A stretch of 59,672 nucleotides of DNA, taken from assembly GCA_000708835.1 (NCBI GenBank), contig DF237487.1, forward strand, positions 1-59,672, read 5' to 3'. A program made the position numbers and the translations under genes. The stretch comes from Klebsormidium nitens (Eukaryota > Plantae > Klebsormidiophyceae). The notes under the pieces were generated by a model. The model was not told the origin of the DNA, ran no database searches, and saw only the letters and a program-made list of their open reading frames with translations. Positions 58,384 through 59,672 of this stretch are shown piece by piece (position 1 is the stretch's first letter; each line of letters opens with the position of its first letter).

Positions 58384-59672
58384 CTGCTGGCATCACTCCA
58401 ATAATGAACCAGCTTGACCCCACTTCACTGCATGCGAGGACGAGCTGTCCTGCTCCAGGATGTCCCAACTAATTCCATTTTTAAAAAGCCCCCAGATCAG
58501 ATGGTCGAGCAGATTCAAGCAGCATCGCGTCATTGCAATGAGCGCCTAAAGCAGCACAAAGGCTCTGGCTGCATAAAGACGTCAAACCTGAAGCACCAAT
58601 CAGCTGGCTCATGTGTTCTGACATAAGGTGACCTGCTGACATACTGCCAGGCGGCAAAAGTGTCAAGCTCGGACACTGCAATTGACTTACTTGACTTGTG
58701 CACTGCACTCTTCAAGGCTCCCTCTGGTGCCTCTGCGTCTCATCTCGTCGCAATTCCGATACAGTTGGCATAAATGGTAAACTGTGGGACAGCCAAGGTA
58801 CATCAGCTCATCCAAGAGCTCATCCTAAAGGCAGTTGTGTTGGGTTTATTTTGACTGCTTGGTACTGCATCTAATTGCTTCTNNNNNNNNNNNNNNNNNN
58901 NNAAGCTTCGCAGAAGAGTCTGAGTCTGCAGCGCGAAGTGTCAGCCTAGAAGCTTCGGTGCTCGGCCGGCCATAAGCATACTAGTATCGGACGGTTCCCC
59001 TCGCACGCGGTGCACGTGGGTCTTATCGGACGGTCACGCGGTGAAGCAGTAACCCAGACACGTGTCGTGTAGTGATTCGATATATCAAATAAGTCGATAG
59101 CGTATAATAACGGACGATGCGCGGCCGCGAGTTTGGCGCGCAGCCAGAAGTCGGTGCGCAGTCGTGCCGTTACACTGCTGGCATCACTCCAATAATGAAC
59201 CAGCTTGACCCCACTTACTGCATGCGAGGACGAGCTGTCCTGCTCCAGGATGTCCCAACTAATTCCATTTTTAAAAAGCCCCCAGATCAGATGGTCGAGC
59301 AGATTCAAGCAGCATCGCGTCATTGCAATGAGCGCCTAAAGCAGCACAAAGGCTCTGGCTGCATAAAGACGTCAAACCTGAAGCACCAATCAGGTGGCTC
59401 ATGTGTTCTAACCTAAGATGACCTGCTGACATACTGCCAGGCGGCAAAAGTGTCAAGCTCGGACACTGCAATTGACTTACTTGACTTGTGCACTGCACTC
59501 TTCAAGGCTCCCTCTGGTGCCTCTGCGTCTCATCTCGTCGCAATTCCAATACAGTTGGCATAAATGGTAAACTGTGGGACAGCCAAGGGACATCAGCTCA
59601 TCCAAGAGCTCATCCTAAAGGCAGTTGTGTTGGGTTTGTTTTGACTGCTTGGTACTGCATCTAATTGCTTCC
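58384..59672 (+). repeat. ~500-bp direct duplication (58384..58882 and 59175..59672) either side of an assembly gap
   Basis: Copies are near-identical with a handful of differences (CTTCACTG vs CTTACTG, CAGCTGG vs CAGGTGG, CCGATAC vs CCAATAC, TTTATTT vs TTTGTTT). Confidence 0.95.
58883..58902. other. Assembly gap (20 N)
   Basis: Run of 20 N. Confidence 1.

Overview
Eukaryotic nuclear DNA with GT-AG intron-rich genes. Gene content (plant-type LRR receptor kinase, plant ankyrin/PH protein, dirigent-like protein, TTLL tubulin glutamylase) suggests a streptophyte alga such as Klebsormidium; this is an inference. I could splice six genes into continuous reading frames: a 1182-aa RING-H2 protein (+), an ankyrin-repeat/PH-like protein (-), a secreted dirigent-like protein (-), a NUP133-like nucleoporin that appears to lack its N-terminal beta-propeller (-), a TTLL4/5-like tubulin polyglutamylase (+) and an intronless LRR-RLK (-). 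Three less ordinary signals stand out. (1) Introns of four genes carry partial 'ghost' copies of the neighbouring exon ends, 5' halves upstream and 3' halves downstream, and some differ from the live exon almost only at synonymous sites. (2) The palindrome TGACGTCA / GCTGACGTCAGC is iterated about 20-fold over chance, including in coding exons in two reading frames. (3) A decayed, intronless, apparently full-length family-B DNA polymerase sits inside the 6.4-kb NUP133 intron, possibly an endogenised large DNA virus. There is also a TIR-bounded MITE-like element and a ~500-bp duplication flanking a 20-N gap. No rRNA, tRNA or CRISPR array was seen. All homology calls are by-eye motif matches from memory, not database searches.
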